A stretch of DNA of 63,212 nucleotides, filler included, from Octopus bimaculoides (GCF_001194135.2; 9 parts of 8 records of this genome joined end to end with filler, not necessarily neighbours in it), one strand, 5' to 3'. Counted from the first letter of the whole stretch, positions 49,280 to 62,158 are shown. Numbers and translations: made by a program. The notes: a model not told the origin generated them from the letters alone.

Positions 49280-50653
49280 CTTTCAGAAGTGTAGTATTAC
49301 AAATTTTACGGAATCTTAGTCGTCAGAATCTGGTTTCTTTTCGTTGTAATATCTCGTTGTTAATCATAAATAACATCAACAGAAAAACGTCCAAATTGCC
49401 GTCACTTGAGGTCTGTGACTTAGAACAAACAGCTTGTATAAAAGAAGGTAGCAACAGCGTATATAACAACAATAATAATAATAATAGTAATAGTAATAAT
49501 AATAATAATAATAATGGTTTTAATAAATGACTCAGTAAGCTTTGAGTAAAATCAAGCCATCACCAACAGTTACCTACGTTTGTAAACAATCATATATTAA
49601 CGTACCGTATACTGCCGTATATATAATCGTAGAGTGTAAACAGATAATTCCATATACAAGTGCATATATAATGGTAATGTGTAGATATACGACGCCATAC
49701 TCTACTGTATATACGGTTGTAGACTATAGCTGTACAATTCCATACTGATATTTACTCTTTTACTTGTTTCTGTCATTTGACTGCGGCCATGCTGGAGCAC
49801 CGCCTTTAGTCGACTAAATCGACCCCAGGACTTATATATTATATATATATATATATATACACACACAAACGTATAATGTAGATATATGACTCAATACGTT
49901 TGTTTGTGCAAGGTTATTTCAACATGGCATTTGTCTTTTTCTGTCTGTTTGTCTGTCGGTTGTCTGTCTCCCCTATCATCCAACTGTTTGTGTTGTGTGT
50001 GTGTGTGTGTGTGTGTATGTGTGTGTCTATAAATGTGATGTTTTGTAAGCAGTTTTGTTGTATCAAAAATACCAGCTTTACATATGAACATGTGTCTATA
50101 TGTGATAGTGCGTGTATGTATATATATATATATATATATATATNNNNNNNNNNNNNNNNNNNNNNNNNNNNNNNNNNNNNNNNNNNNNNNNNNNNNNNNN
50201 NNNNNNNNNNNNNNNNNNNNNNNNNNNNNNNNNNNNNNNNNNNNNNNNNNNNNNNNNNNNNNNNNNNNNNNNNNNNNNNNNNNNNNNNNNNNNNNNNNNN
50301 NNNNNNNNNNNNNNNNNNNNNNNNNNNNNNNNNNNNNNNNNNNNNNNNNNNNNNNNNNNNNNNNNNNNNNNNNNNNNNNNNNNNNNNNNNNNNNNNNNNN
50401 NNNNNNNNNNNNNNNNNNNNNNNNNNNNNNNNNNNNNNNNNNNNNNNNNNNNNNNNNNNNNNNNNNNNNNNNNNNNNNNNNNNNNNNNNNNNNNNNNNNN
50501 NNNNNNNNNNNNNNNNNNNNNNNNNNNNNNNNNNNNNNNNNNNNNNNNNNNNNNNNNNNNNNNNNNNNNNNNNNNNNTAAAGCATATTACTCTACCTCTG
50601 GTATTTGAGTACTCTTTTTTCCACCTTGTTGCACATTTATGTGCTCACTCCGG

Positions 50654-50685
<32 letters not shown>

Positions 50686-52095
50686 AAATAATAAATGAGT
50701 ATATGCATATATACGTACATGTATGTACATACTTACATCTACCTGTATATATAGATGCATATCTGGGTACAGGACATTGTAAACAAAGCGTAGACAAAAT
50801 GATAAACGAGTACAGAAAACACACAGACCACATAGAGAACATCTCCTTCATCAGCTGCCCCCATTCTAACACAGGCGTTTCGAAGAGTGTTTGTTTTTTG
50901 TATATATTAGTATATTTGCATATACACATATTTGGGTGTGTATATACACGTATTAAAGTAAACTTATATACTACTCTGTGCATGTGTGTGTGTGTGTGTG
51001 AGAATGAGTGTCTCTCACAACTTGATAGCGAGGGATGCAGCTTTTAATAGTTTTTGCCGAACAAGTAAATTCAGAAAAATGAAATAAAATAAAATAAAAT
51101 AAAAGGAAAATTAAATAATGGGGTCGATTTCCTCGACCGAAGAGTCAGAAGACACACATACATAAAATGTAAGAACTCACATACATACGTACATATATAG
51201 AAATAATAACAAAATACATACACACACACAAATGAGTACATGTAACCATAATTATGGACATANNNNNNNNNNNNNNNNNNNNNNNNNNNNNNNNNNNNNN
51301 NNNNNNTTAATTAATTAANNNNNNNNNNNNNNNNNNNNNNNNNNNNNNNNNNNNNNNNNNNNTACAATAAATGGGACAAGAACGCAACGCAAATGGCCCA
51401 TTTTTTGTATTCTTTTTTATATACATATAACGGCCTACGTACACTTTGGTCTCTTATATGTAAGCACATATATATATATCTAAATTTTGTACGACTCTCT
51501 TATTCTCTCATTCTTTCTTTCTTTCTTTCAGCCGCTTCACACTTACCTCTTTCTTTCAACTCTTCTTTCTTCCGCTGCCCCTCTCTCACATTTCCTGGCC
51601 TTCCCTTCATTCTCACTTTCCCTTCTCTTTCACTTCACCCTGTCCCTTTTCTTTTTTTCTCGTCCTTCCCTAATTCTCCTATCCCTCTGCCTCTACCTCT
51701 CTCCTCTCCTTCCACGTGACCGGTGTTCCACCAAGTCTGAACTTTCTTGGTTCGACTACCATCCGAGCAGCATATATATTCCTTCCCATGCTTGTCAAAT
51801 CCACACACGCCTGCTTAATTTAATTCGTCCTTAGTCGAAAGCCACATGTTGTTAATGTCCTGTTGTTTACATTTGTTTTTGTGTACTATTTCTCTGTTTA
51901 TCCGTCCTTGTTTTTTTATGTCCCTTTTTGTATCATCCAACTGTCTGGATGTTTTGTTGTCGCCTGCTGCGTTCTTGTCCCATTTTTTGTATTCTTTTTT
52001 ATATACATATAGCGGCGTACGTACACTTTGGTCTCTTATATGTGTGTGTGCGTGGTGTGTTTATGTATATGTGTATACGTTTGTAGCATTTCTGT

Positions 52096-52269
52096 GTGTG
52101 AGTGCGCGTCATTCAGCCGTGGCTGTGTGGTAAGAAGTTCGCTTCGCAACCACACGGTTCCGGGTTAAATCCCAGTGCGTGACACACTGGGCAAGTATCT
52201 TCTACTATTGTGTCAGGCCGACTGAAAGCCTTGTGAATTTGGCAGGCGGAAACTGAAAGAAGCCCGTCG

Positions 52270-52305
<36 letters not shown>

Positions 52306-52503
52306 TACATATATATATATTTATGTGTGTGACTTTGTGTCTGTGTTTGTTCCCCACCACCGCTTGACAACCGGTGTTGGTGTGTTTACGTCCCCGTAAC
52401 CTAGCAGTTCAGCATAAGAAACCGATAGAATAAGTACTACTAGTCTTACAAAGAATAAATCCCGGTGTTGATTCCTTCGACGAAAGCACTTTAAGGCGGT
52501 ACT
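52096..52503 (+). mobile_element. tRNA-derived SINE with internal (CA)/(TA) microsatellite
   Basis: gtggctgtgtggtaagaag (A-box-like), ggttaaatccc (B-box-like); same body as 39180 and 56098. Confidence 0.85.
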
Positions 52504-54349
52504 NNNNNNNNNNNNNNNNNNNNNNNNNNNNNNNNNNNNNNNNNNNNNNNNNNNNNNNNNNNNNNNNNNNNNNNNNNNNNNNNNNNNNNNNNNNNNNNNN
52601 NNNNNNNNNNNNNNNNNNNNNNNNNNNNNNNNNNNNNNNNNNNNNNNNNNNNNNNNNNNNNNNNNNNNNNNNNNNNNNNNNNNNNNNNNNNNNNNNNNNN
52701 NNNNNNNNNNNNNNNNNNNNNNNNNNNNNNNNNNNNNNNNNNNNNNNNNNNNNNNNNNNNNNNNNNNNNNNNNNNNNNNNNNNNNNNNNNNNNNNNNNNN
52801 NNNNNNNNNNNNNNNNNNNNNNNNNNNNNNNNNNNNNNNNNNNNNNNNNNNNNNNNNNNNNNNNNNNNNNNNNNNNNNNNNNNNNNTTGTATACAAATGC
52901 TGCATGATAACGTCAAAAGTATTCACATCATGTTTCCAACTCAGATATTTTTTCTGAATCTCCTTGATTCTTTTAATGTGCTTGTTCCCTGGTATTAAAT
53001 TGCTATTAATTAATATCTTTTTTTTTACCCTACTGTTTTAATATATATGCAACGACGAAATGTAACATGTAGTATAAGAAGGCAGTGATTGTTTCTAGAC
53101 GGGCTTGTATAATATAATTCGTAAAGCATGCCAGGTTAAAAAAGTTAATTTCTTCTTATATAAGTGTGTACACGTTCTCATTGTAGCAGTAAAAAGATAG
53201 AGGAAGATTGATGCTGCAGAGAAGAGAAATGAGCTAGTGAGAGTGAGCATGGTGGGACGAAACGACTGCTTCGTTGGTGAGTTACCATAGTTGTCCCTCT
53301 GTGCCCTTTCATTCCGTTGAAGGCGTTTCGTTCAGCCGGTCAGCCTACTCTCTTGTTAATAGGTTCTCACTGACTTTGGCTTACAGAATTCTTGTATTTA
53401 TAACTATACAAAACTAGCTAGAAAAATAGGTATATTGCAGAGAACAAAAGATGTTCTTTGGAGGTCGACTGTTATCTCAATTCAACTCTTCACCGCATAC
53501 AAGAGGTTAGAAGGGTCAAGTGGCAAAGACATGAATCGGTTTAGCGAGGCCATGTATTCATTGTAACTGCTGTCACTATTGCTTTTCTGTGAGAAAAGTG
53601 ATGTTGAAATGTTAAAGGAAATTGTCAGATTCAGGTTCGAATCTACTCTATGCCTAAATGAAGTCACTACATATATATACAAGTGTGTTTATGTCTATGT
53701 CATGGTTTGTTAACGTTCCCACAACTTAGCAGTTCGACAAAAGAGCATGATGAAATATGTTCCAAGCTTTAAAGAAATACCGGGGCCAATTTGTTCGATG
53801 ATGCCACAGCATTGCCGCAATCCAAAGAGCGAAACAAGTAAAAACAAAATAAAAGATAGTATTTTCGTTTCTACTTAGTTTGTCTCCATGTTGCCAGCAC
53901 TTCGTAAATATTTATTCAGGGCTATTCCAGTCTTTTCCAATCAATTACATTTCTAAAAAAAACAATTTTTACTGCTTTGGCTACAAACGTAGTTATTTCA
54001 CTGCCATATTTAGAGCACATCTTCCACCACAAACTGAAAGATAACGCTGCAAGCTAAAGAGATCTTTACCTTCTTTTCTTCCATTGACTTATATCGGGCG
54101 CGATAACGGATGTCAGACATCCCAATAATTATAGGATTATAGTGGGATAGTTGTTCTATCAATTGTCTTTCTAAGCTAATAATACCTGGAGTCGTCGTTC
54201 CTCACAGGAATGTTGTAGCCATTGGGTATATAGGATATCCATCTACATCAAACCTTAAGTGTAAGCTACAGACATTAAGGTGATTTGTTCGAGATTCTCC
54301 CCTCCATTTCAGACATTTTTTAAACCGTAATTTAACAAGCTAAGCAATA

Positions 54350-54353
54350 AACC

Positions 54354-54396
<43 letters not shown>

Positions 54397-55025
54397 CATC
54401 TCTCTCTCTCTCACTCACTCATTCTCTCTCTCATACACATACTCTCTCTCTCTCTTTTTCACTCACGCACTTTTTCTTACTCTCCCTTTTACACACTCAC
54501 CCTCACTCTCTTATTTTCTCTCTTTCACTTTCCCTTCCTCTTTCTCTCTCCCAGTTTCTCTCCCCTCTCAGTCTCGTCTTCACTCTCTCTCCTTCTCTCC
54601 CTCTCTCCTCTCTCTCCTTATCCTTCTCTTACCTTCTCTCTTTCTTTTCCTCTGTCTCCGTTTCTCTCCCTCCTTCTCTGGTCCTCTCTCTCTCTCTCTC
54701 TCTTTCCGTCTCCCTCCCCATCTCTTTGACTCTGTCTCTCACTCTTTCTGTTTCTTTCTCCTCTTCCTCCCACTCTCACTCTCTCTTCTTCTCTCTCTCT
54801 CTGTCTCTTTGACTGTATCTCACTCTTTCTCCTCCCCTTCCTCTCCCTCTTCTCTCACCCCCTCTCTCTCTCTCTCCATCCTTCTCTCTTCCTCTTTTTC
54901 TTCTCTTTCTCTCTCTCTCTCCGTTTCTCACTCTCTTTCTCTTTGACTGTCTCTCACTCTTTCTTCTTTCTCTCTCCTTCCCTTTCAGCCCTTACTCTCA
55001 TTCTCTCTCCCTTTCCTCCTCTCTC
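54350..55025. repeat. Long polypyrimidine/polypurine (CT-rich) tract
   Basis: About 675 bp almost entirely C/T on the plus strand. Confidence 0.9.
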
Positions 55026-55147
55026 AATAATAGTTCAATTAATCACTAAAACATTACCAAGAATACTTTATAGAAAAATCTTTTAATCAACATGTCTCCC
55101 TCTGCTTCCAGGTTTTACTGCACTTTCTTTACTTGGAGAAGGCGGGG

Positions 55148-55457
55148 ATATAAACTGAGAATGTCTGCCTGTAGGTTTGCATCATTAAAACTCAAAAATT
55201 ACCCAACCGATTTCATTCAAATTTTACACATTCATTACTTAAGGTCCATGGAGTGTCATGGGCCAAAAACATTTTCAACTTCTTGCCTAATGCGAGCCCG
55301 GAGCAGTCTCTTAGACTGTTTCGGTATTACGTGTCACAAGTGAAACAATAACATCTCTATTGTAATGTGAGATAATAGTTTAGCTTTTATATTGTTTCAC
55401 TTTTATTCTTTCAATTTTAATAGTTTCACTATGTAAACATATACATGTGTGTGTGTG

Positions 55458-55517
<60 letters not shown>

Positions 55518-56010
55518 TGTATGTATGTATGTGTGTGCATGTATGTATGTATATATATCAGTTGAATAAAGTTTAAAAATGGTCGGGTTAAAATCAGATT
55601 TCAAATGTGTTTTACTGACAGTTGAGTTCTTGACAATTTCAGTACCCCTTAGAACGCTCCAACAAGCTGAATTTTTAAAATACAATTTTGACCAATTCGC
55701 ATGCATCTCAAACATCACTATTTGCCAGGCGTACCAACATTCTGTTATTTGTTTATATTTAAGAGGTACAATAGAGGTGTTATTGTTTCACTTTTGACAC
55801 GTAATACCGAAATAGTCTAAGAGACTGCTCCAGGCGTGTATTAGGCAAAACGTTGAAAATTATGTTGGCCCATGACATTCCATGGACCCTAAGTAATGCA
55901 TGTGTAAAATTTGAATGAAATCGGTTGGGTAGTTCTCGAGTTTTAGTGATGCACACATACAGACAAAAAGACAGACAGACAGACACACATTCTCAGTTTT
56001 ATATATATAG
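55148..56010. repeat. Inverted pair of a roughly 220-240-bp interspersed repeat
   Basis: 55148-55364 is the reverse complement of 55767-56009 (gtgtaaaatttgaatgaaatcggttgggta..; gtaataccgaaa.agtctaagagactgctcc). Confidence 0.8.
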
Positions 56011-56097
56011 ATGAACATACACACACACACACACATATACACATATATATGTAAATATAAATATATATAGATACATATATATATATATATATATATA

Positions 56098-56293
56098 GGC
56101 GCAGGGGTGGCTGTGTGGTAAGTACCTTGCTTACCAACCACATGGTTCTGGGTTCTGTCCCACTGCGTGGCACCTTGGCAAGTTTCTTTTACTATAGTCT
56201 TGGGCCGACCAAAGCCTTGTGGGTGGCTTTGGTAGAAAACTGAAAGAAGCCCGTCGTATATAAATATGTGTGCGTGCGCGTATGTGTGTGTGC

Positions 56294-56356
<63 letters not shown>

Positions 56357-56550
56357 TGCTTGTCCCCCCCACCATCACTTGACAACTGATGTTTGTGTAT
56401 TTACGTCCCCGTGACTTAGCGGTTCGGCAAAAGAGTCCGATTAAATAAATACTAGGTTTACAAAGAATAAGTCTTGGGGTCGATTTGTTCGACTAAAGGC
56501 GGTGCTCCAACATGGCCGCAGTCAAATGAGTGAAACAAATAAAAGACTAA
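56098..56550 (+). mobile_element. Full tRNA-derived SINE with internal (TG)n
   Basis: ggcgcaggggtggctgtgtggtaag..ggttctgtccc head, internal microsatellite at about 56258-56352, tail aaaagactaaaaga. Confidence 0.88.
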
Positions 56551-56690
56551 AAGAATAGCAGAATATATATACATATATATACATACATAGACTCAGTTTG
56601 TCTCCTAATAATTCTAGTAACCTTATTAACACTAACAATAATATTAACGATAATCTCTCTTTAAATGATAACATCAATGTAACCAGCATT

Positions 56691-57413
56691 TGCAATTGTC
56701 GCCCTAATAAAACCTGCATCCAAAATGGAAACTGCCGAATTAAAAATGCCGTATACCAATGCCGTTACCTCTGGTAACAAGGAATTTTCTGTATAGGTCT
56801 ATCTTCTGCATTTTTGAAAGCCAGACTGGCTAACCATTTCTGTACCTTCCAATACAATCGAAAGCGTAACTCCACAGGACTTAGTAAACTAATTTGGCAT
56901 CTTAAAGGACCTAACGAACTTTTTTCTTTAGAATGGAAAATTTTATCTAGTTCATTTCCCAATGATAAAGGGAAATCATTTTGTCCTCTTTGTACGGAAG
57001 AGCAATTTTTTATTCTCTTTTCCAAACATAAACTGGTAAACAAATTTAAATACAGAGTTTTACAAGTGTACACACTGGAAAAAATATTCCTTCAATTTTA
57101 TCAAATAGTGTCTACCCATTACCTAATAATAATTTCCTGCATATATTATCTTTTCTTTATTCTTCTATCTCACTTCTCACTACTTTTATTTCTCTCTTCC
57201 TACCTTTATCTATACAATTTTGCCCGTAACTCCATCCCCTCTCTCTCCCCTTTTTACCTTGTTTCTCTTTCCCCCCTCCCTATCTTTCTATACCTTTCTA
57301 TATTTTCTCTCACACTATGAAGCATATTTACTTAGCGATACTTTTAAATTTTTAGAATTCCCTCAATACTTGGTTTTCCATATATGTACATGCGCATAAA
57401 TCTGGTTTTCCTC
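56691..57413 (+). mobile_element. Penelope-like element 3' end: GIY-YIG endonuclease relic and CT-rich 3' UTR
   Basis: CNCRPNKTCIQNGNCRIKNAVYQC..CIGLSSAFLKARLANHF..STGLSKLIWHLK..WKIL..CPLCTEEQFFI, with one in-frame stop. Confidence 0.82.
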
Positions 57414-58101
57414 CTGTCTATATGTATGTTATGTTTGAGCACAAACGTGTATATGTGTTTTAAGTAAATGCGTATCTGTGTATGTAAGTATGTGTTTGCA
57501 TCTATATATGTTCTGGGATGTGTATGCTCTTGTGCGAGTAAGTGAACGTGTGTTTGTGCGTATAAATAGATGGTCGTAAACGCCTATTAAGGTATAAGTA
57601 TGTATTTATGTGCTGTGAGTGTATGTATGAGTGTATGTGTATGAGTGTATGTGTATGTATGTATGTATGTATGTATGTATGTATGTGTGAGTGTGTATGT
57701 TTGCATACATATATGTACGTGTTGATAGAATACAAATATGGATAGATATGTATATATATGTTTATGTGTGTGTATATATGTATATATATATTTGTATGTA
57801 TATATATATATATCTGTATGTATGTATATATATATGAGGAAAACCAGATTTATGCGCATATACATATATGGAAAACCAAGTATTGAGGGAATTCTAAAAA
57901 TTTAAAATGGTTATTATTTTGATATTATGATATTTTTTAAATAATTTTTCTATCTTTATATAATAAGTATTTCATATTAATTCATTTGGTACTTATTGTT
58001 GNNNNNNNNNNNNNNNNNNNNNNNNNNNNNNNNNNNNNNNNNNNNTTAATTAATTAANNNNNNNNNNNNNNNNNNNNNNNNNNNNNNNNNNNNNNNNNNN
58101 N

Positions 58102-60073
58102 TGCGTGCGAACGAATGAATGTGCGTACGTACGAACGAGCGAATGAAACAACGAACAAACGAACGTACGTATGAACGATCGAACGAACGGACGTACGAAA
58201 TAAGAAACGAACGTACGTACGTACGTACGAAAGAATGAACGAACGAACGTACGTTCGTAAGTACGTACATGCGTATGTACGAACGAACAAACGAACGTCC
58301 GTTTGTACGTACGTTCATACGTACGAACGAAACAACGAACGAACGAAGGGACGAACAAAAGAACGAACGAACGTAAGTACGTACGTACGAACGAAGGATC
58401 GTACGTACATACTAAAGAGCGAAGGAACTAGCGAACGAACGTACGTACGTAGATAAGTGCGTACGAACGAACATTCGAATGAATGTACGTACGTACGAAT
58501 GAACAAACGAACGTACATACGTACGAACGAAAGGAAGAACTAACGAAACAATGAACCAACGAAAGAACTAACGAACGTACGTACGTAGGATCGACCGAGC
58601 GAACCAACGAACGAACGAGCGAAAGAACGAACGTACGTAGGTACGAAAAAACGAACGAAATTACGTACGTAAATACGTATGAACGATCGAACGAGCGAAC
58701 GTACGTAATTACGAAGGTACGAACTAATGAATGAACTTACGTATATANNNNNNNNNNNNNNNNNNNNNNNNNNNNNNNNNNNNNNNNNNNNNNNNNNNNN
58801 NNNNNNNNNNNNNNNNNNNNNNNNNNNNNNNNNNNNNNNNNNNNNNNNNNNNNNNNNNNNNNNNNNNNNNNNNNNNNNNNNNNNNNNNNNNNNNNNNNNN
58901 NNNNNNNNNNNNNNNNNNNNNNNNNNNNNNNNNNNNNNNNNNNNNNNNNNNNNNNNNNNNNNNNNNNNNNNNNNNNNNNNNNNNNNNNNNNNNNNNNNNN
59001 NNNNNNNNNNNNNNNNNNNNNNNNNNNNNNNNNNNNNNNNNNNNNNNNNNNNNNNNNNNNNNNNNNNNNNNNNNNNNNNNNNNNNNNNNNNNNNNNNNNN
59101 NNNNNNNNNNNNNNNNNNNNNNNNNNNNNNNNNNNNNNNNNNNNNNNNNNNNNNNNNNNNNNNNNNNNNNNNNNNNNNNNNNNNNNNNNNNNNNNNNNNN
59201 NNNNNNNNNNNNNNNNNNNNNNNNNNNNNNNNNNNNNNNNNNNNNNNNNNNNNNNNNNNNNNNNNNNNNNNNNNNNNNNNNNNNNNNNNNNNNNNNNNNN
59301 NNNNNNNNNNNNNNNNNNNNNNNNNNNNNNNNNNNNNNNNNNNNNNNNNNNNNNNNNNNNNNNNNNNNNNNNNNNNNNNNNNNNNNNNNNNNNNNNNNNN
59401 NNNNNNNNNNNNNNNNNNNNNNNNNNNNNNNNNNNNNNNNNNNNNNNNNNNNNNNNNNNNNNNNNNNNNNNNNNNNNNNNNNNNNNNNNNNNNNNNNNNN
59501 NNNNNNNNNNNNNNNNNNNNNNNNNNNNNNNNNNNNNNNNNNNNNNNNNNNNNNNNNNNNNNNNNNNNNNNNNNNNNNNNNNNNNNNNNNNNNNNNNNNN
59601 NNNNNNNNNNNNNNNNNNNNNNNNNNNNNNNNNNNNNNNNNNNNNNNNNNNNNNNNNNNNNNNNNNNNNNNNNNNGAACGAAAGAACGAAATGAAGGAAC
59701 GTACGAACGAACGAAGTTACATACGAACGAACGAACGTACGAACGAACTAACGAATAAACTTACGAACGTATGAACGGAGGAAATAACGTATATACGATC
59801 GAATGAACGAACGAACGTACGTACGAACAAAAGAACGAGTGATCGAACGAACGAACTTAGGAATGTACGTTCGTACGAATGAAATAACGAACGAACGCAC
59901 GTACATACGTCCGAATGGACGGACGGACGAACGAACGAACGAACGTAGGAACGTACGTACGTAACTACGAACGTACGAACGAACGTATGTACGTAAGAAT
60001 GCACAAAAGAACGAACAAACAATCCTACGTTCGTTCGTTCGTGCGTACGTACTTACGTGCGTACGTTCGTTCG
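58102..60073. repeat. Complex CpG-rich tetranucleotide satellite (ACGA/ACGT/ATGA/ACAA mosaic), spanning a large gap
   Basis: Continuous acgaacgaacgtacgt-type mosaic at 58102-58745 and 59677-60073. Confidence 0.9.
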
Positions 60074-60231
60074 NNNNNNNNNNNNNNNNNNNNNNNNNNN
60101 NNNNNNNNNNNNNNNNNTTAATTAATTAANNNNNNNNNNNNNNNNNNNNNNNNNNNNNNNNNNNNNNNNNNNNCTATCTCTCTCTCTCTCTATCGAACTG
60201 TTCATCTCTTTGTCAATGTGTGTTTTTTGTT

Positions 60232-60273
<42 letters not shown>

Positions 60274-60584
60274 TGTGTGTTTCTGTAATCATGGCTTCAC
60301 ATTGATATCAAGTGCAACGAAGCGAAGCAAAAAAAGTACCCATAACAGTTATATACTGTATAGATAGTTAGATAGATAGATAGATAGATAGATAGATACA
60401 TACATACATACATACATGCATACATATATGCTTACCTAAATACATACAGAAGGGCAGACTGACTCATACACACATACATTAATGCACACACTCGTACACG
60501 TTCAAGTATATATATATACAACGATAAATACATAGAATGACACATTAGATTGATAGTTTTACACACAAACACAAGCACACAGAG

Positions 60585-60586
60585 AA

Positions 60587-60632
<46 letters not shown>

Positions 60633-60636
60633 GGAT

Positions 60637-60697
<61 letters not shown>

Positions 60698-60863
60698 AAG
60701 AGAAATAGACTGACAGACAGACGGGCAATCAGACAAATTGACTTGTTGATAAATAGATAGACAGACAGACAGATAGATAAATAGATTGATTGATTGATAG
60801 ATAGATGGTGAGGGAGAGAGGGAGAGAGAGAGAAAGACAGAGTGGTTGATAGATAGATAGACT

Positions 60864-60900
<37 letters not shown>

Positions 60901-60908
60901 ATAGGTAG

Positions 60909-60956
<48 letters not shown>

Positions 60957-61050
60957 TTGATAGATGGATAGACAGATAGATAGAGAGATAAAGAAACGGA
61001 CAAGAAGATATTGACAGACAGAAGGACAGCGGACAGACAAATAGATATGC
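60585..61050. repeat. (GATA)/(GA)/(GACA) compound microsatellite
   Basis: Directly visible. Confidence 0.9.
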
Positions 61051-61546
61051 TGATAAATATACAAAACAACTAGAAAAATATGAAGGCAAACTAATTGCCA
61101 AAGTTATCGTCAGTACAGGTAGTTGATACACCTTTTCCCGGCTATCTGTTAGAGTACTGTGTTTCACCAGTGAGTTGGAAGAGAGGGCTATAATTCTGAG
61201 TTTTGTAACAGTTGAGGCTTCGTGACCTTGATAGTTATAACGTTGATAAAAAGCGGATGTCGATAGTTATAAATATCAGTAGTTTAAGAAACGTAAAGGG
61301 TAAGCAAGGACCCTAATACTTGATTTAGTTACAATATAAGCGTATCCCAATAAATCTGTAAATGTGCGTGCGCGCGGATATGTGTGTTGGTCTATGTGTA
61401 CATTATGATACGCACAGAAGTTCCCCATTCTCAGAAACACGCCATGCACTCTACATACATACCTACATAGATACAAATATACGTAGATAAATACATACAT
61501 ACATACATATATATGTATATATCTATGTATATATATGTGTGTGTGT

Positions 61547-61597
<51 letters not shown>

Positions 61598-61698
61598 NNN
61601 NNNNNNNNNNNNNNNNNNNNNNNNNNNNNNNNNNNNNNNNNTTAATTAATTAANNNNNNNNNNNNNNNNNNNNNNNNNNNNNNNNNNNNNNNNNNNNA

Positions 61699-61920
61699 GC
61701 ACATAAAAGACACCATTTCGAGCGTGGCCGTTTTCGTGCGGGTGACACGTAAAAGCACCCACCTCTCTGAGTGGTTGGCGTTAGGAAGGGCATCCAGCTG
61801 TAGAAACTCTGCCAAATTAGATTGGAGCCTGGTGTAGCCATCCGGTTGCACCAGTCCTCAGTCAAATCGTCCAACCCATGCTAGCATGGAAAGCAGACGT
61901 TAAACGATGATAATGATGAT
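61699..61920 (+). mobile_element. Short retroposon or RTE 3' end with (GAT)n tail, CpG-rich copy
   Basis: gagtggttggcgttaggaagggcatccagctgtagaaac..aacccatgctagcatgga..gttaaacgatgataatgatgat; same tail as 5600-5778 and 12650-12825. Confidence 0.82.
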
Positions 61921-62120
61921 ATATATTCAATCAGAATAATAAATATAATATACATTCAGTGCCGTTGGACGGTTTGACCAGAGCTGGGACGTTGCACCTG
62001 ACTCCAGTCTGATTTGGCATGGTTCCATTCCTAACACCAACCACTTTACAGAGTGTGCGGGGTGCTTTTACATGTCACTGCACAGGCACTTTTATCTCTC
62101 TCTCTCTCTCTCTCTCTGTC

Positions 62121-62158
<38 letters not shown>

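Noticed and set aside
51805-51845. ctgctta..agtcGAAAgc as a hammerhead
   Set aside because: The first box is too divergent and stem II cannot be formed.
53255-53345. GGACGAAAC with a 10-bp inverted partner as a ribozyme
   Set aside because: No upstream CUGANGA-type box or complementary stem II strand.
53482-53682. 66-aa minus-strand ORF in unique sequence
   Set aside because: No recognisable homology or splice signals; its length is expected by chance.
56098-56165. tRNA genes at SINE heads
   Set aside because: A/B-box-like motifs are present, but no complete cloverleaf, and each continues into a SINE body.
32692-59774. Long ORFs full of X (e.g. 58727-59758, 50112-51047)
   Set aside because: They run through N gaps and microsatellites and are not genes.
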